Origin: Candidatus Melainabacteria bacterium
GTDB taxonomy: Bacteria > Cyanobacteriota > Vampirovibrionia > Obscuribacterales > Obscuribacteraceae
Assembly: GCA_963845445.1 (NCBI GenBank)
Contig: CAWJSE010000001.1
Span: forward strand, 6,684-70,683
Direction: 5' to 3'
DNA: 64,000 nucleotides
The notes beneath the pieces are model-generated. The model worked only from the letters and a program-made list of their open reading frames with translations. It ran no database searches and was not told where the DNA came from. Of this stretch, positions 61,838 through 64,000 are shown in pieces. The position numbers and the translations under genes were made by a program. How positions within the stretch are numbered: position 1 is the first letter of the stretch; each line of letters starts with the position of its first letter.

Positions 61838-63585
61838 ATGGTAGTAAGCGACAGACGCCTATCGGACCATATTGATCAAGCATTAGTTAGCCTGCATAAT
61901 CAAGCAGGTTTCTATTTTGCCGAGCAATATGGTCTGCTTAGGATTAGAGGAAAAGATTCTGCCTCTTTTTTACAGTCTCAGTTAACTAATAATATAAATG
62001 AGCTTAAGCCCGGTGCAAGTCAATTTTCTTGCTTGCTGGATCGAAAAGCACATGTACAGGCATATTTTCATTTATTTAAAGACCTCAACTCTGATAGTCA
62101 ATCTTTTTATGTCTTGGCTGAGAGCCAGCAGATACCGAGACTTGTGCAGGATCTTGAACAATATCAATTTGCTGCTCAAGTTGAATTTACTGATTACTCA
62201 GCCGAAGGACATTTCATTTCAGTACAGGGGCCGCGAGCTAACAAAATTTTTACTCAATTAGAGCCGCGTCTGTATCTAAACAAGATCGCCGAATATGACA
62301 TGACCGATACCATATACGATGACTATGAAATTAAAGTGTTTCGTCATTCGATCACAGGAGAACATGGCTATTTTCTCTGGACAACCAAGAAGGATTTTAC
62401 AAACTTCCGCAAAGCCTTTAAGAGTGTATGCACAAGCTTGAATTTCGTTGAATTAGCTGATGAAACAATAAACAAAGCAAGAATTGAAGCCGGATTGCTC
62501 CGCTTTGGTATCGACTTTGACCAAAATAATTTGCTGCCCGAAACTGGCCTGCTTGATAAAACAGTTGATTATAAAAAGGGTTGCTTTGTTGGACAAGAAA
62601 TATTAGCCAGAGTAAAAAGTCACGGCGTACCAGCCAGAGCTATCATTGGTCTTACTTTTGAAAGCAAAAATTCTGAAATTATCGAGATTCCCATTGATAG
62701 CACCATACTTGTTGCCGGTAAAGAAATTGGCAATATCAAAAGTAATACCTTTTCACCGACGGTCAATAAATTTATTGCCTTAGCAATTTTGCAACGCGAC
62801 TATCGAGTGCCTGAGAAGACCTTTACTGCTCAAATAGATAAGCACGAAGTGAAAGCTACGGTAACACTGCCGCCTTTTATTCAAATTCAATCCAATAAAA
62901 ATTTAGCACGTCAACTATATGAACAAGCCGTGACCAAATTCGTGCAGGGATCGGAACAGACAAAACCAACAGAAGCAATTGAGTTATTAAAAGAAGTTTT
63001 GATTTTGGACTGCCAATTCGAGGACGCTTATGAAGCGCTAGCTGTAATACTTTCTAAGCATGGAGAAGTGGATGCTGCTATTTCTATAATGAAAGTATTG
63101 GCTGAGTTAAACCCGGATTCAGTAATGTCCCATAGTAATTTATCGCAATTCTATGTGCAACAAGGACTAAAAGAAATGGCTGAAGAAGAAAAAGCCATTG
63201 CTTTGGGCATAAGAATGCGCTTAGCTGCTGCACAAATGACCGACAAACTAGCAGAAGAAGCCGAGAAGGAAAAAGCGGATCTACTTAAACGAAAAGAAAT
63301 GTTTGAGCAAGTTCTGGCTATCGACAAAGAAGACTTTTCGCCAATGCTGGCTTTGGAGAATGTCTGGTAGCAGAAAAAGATTTTGCTACGGCGATTCCCT
63401 ATCTACGCAAAGCAATTGAGCTAAAACCCATTCATTTAGAGGCTTATTTAAATCTAGCTCAAGCATATAAAGAAACAGGAAATAATGATCAGTCCAAAGA
63501 CATTATTGCTACTGGTATAGCGGTGGCTACTAAGCGCGGTGACATGCCTATGCTACAAAAATTGCAAGATTTATTAAGTACTTAA
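61838..63585 (+). CDS. YgfZ/GcvT-like folate-binding protein fused to C-terminal TPR repeats (frame-shifted as assembled)
   Basis: LLRIRGKDSASFLQSQLTNN, EAGLLRFGIDF and KGCFVGQEILARV (the KGC[FY]xGQE signature). The TPR part continues past the stop at 63370 if one T is added to T4 63335-63338 (...DKEDFFANAGFGECLVAEKDFATAIPYLRKAIELKP...) and runs to TAA 63583-63585. Confidence 0.75.
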
Positions 63586-63767
63586 ATTCTACATTTTCTT
63601 CTTTGGCAACTTTCTCTAAAATGACGCTCGGGGCTTTTCCGCTTCAAATAATTGGCAGCCCTAAAATAGCCTGCCTGCTTAATTTAACCAGCATATAGCA
63701 ACTTATAAAAATAAAGAGTGCCGAAGACGGTCATTTTCGGTACTCTGCGATAAAGCATTATTTTTCA

Positions 63768-64000
63768 ATAGAAAAATTAACCGAATTTGACCGTAGCCAA
63801 CCGCAAAAACCTTTAGGCATTACTATCTTATCAGAAGCATAGTACTCTAGCAGCCATACGTTCCAATCACCGGGTTTTAAAAAACTCTCTGCACCCCTTA
63901 GGAGATTGAAAGGACCTCCGCTATAGCTTTCTCCTGGGCGCAGTAAAATATAATCATTTTCGTTCTTACTGGGAGTTCCTCCTTCAGCAAGTACCTCAAA
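63768..64000 (-). CDS. 3' end of a gene entering from the right edge (partial, hypothetical)
   Basis: The minus frame is open from the window edge (FEVLAEGGTPSKNENDYILLRPGESYSGGPFNLL...NFSIEK*) to the stop at 63768-63770. Confidence 0.3.

Overview
Chromosomal, housekeeping-dominated 64-kb window from a moderately AT-rich diderm bacterium. An RpaB-like OmpR regulator, a stand-alone nuoN/ndhB, a long NusB, a Hanks-type kinase and many TPR proteins suggest a cyanobacteria-related lineage, possibly non-photosynthetic Melainabacteria; this is inference only. I support about 60 protein genes and 2 tRNAs (Ser-GCU, Arg-CCU). I saw no rRNA, CRISPR array, transposase, integrase or phage genes. There is a strong cell-envelope theme: murC-murB-hydrolase-murF, two tandem ddl paralogs, lptC/A/B/FG, gmhB, GT26 and GT2 transferases, cdsA, and two tandem CpaC-type secretins. 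The rest is core metabolism and information processing (eno, ahcY, carA, ruvB, ssb, nusB, ftsY, rpsT, rsmD, erpA, ygfZ). The most unusual items are: (1) RsmD fused in frame to about 13 near-identical 72-bp repeats encoding an Arg/Gly/Asp-rich tail; (2) a secreted 602-aa protein built from about 40 perfect N-I-G-x heptads with His/Gly-rich and Gly-rich ends; (3) tandem secretin paralogs with no other pilus or secretion genes nearby; (4) a glutamate-dehydrogenase-family gene whose signature lysines are replaced, probably co-transcribed with a formimidoyltransferase; (5) a GC-rich repeat family at two intergenic loci; (6) signalling proteins with degenerate domains. At least 11 conserved genes are split by single-base frame shifts, most of them in A/T homopolymers. 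I read these as assembly indel errors rather than pseudogenes, so ORF boundaries in this window need caution.
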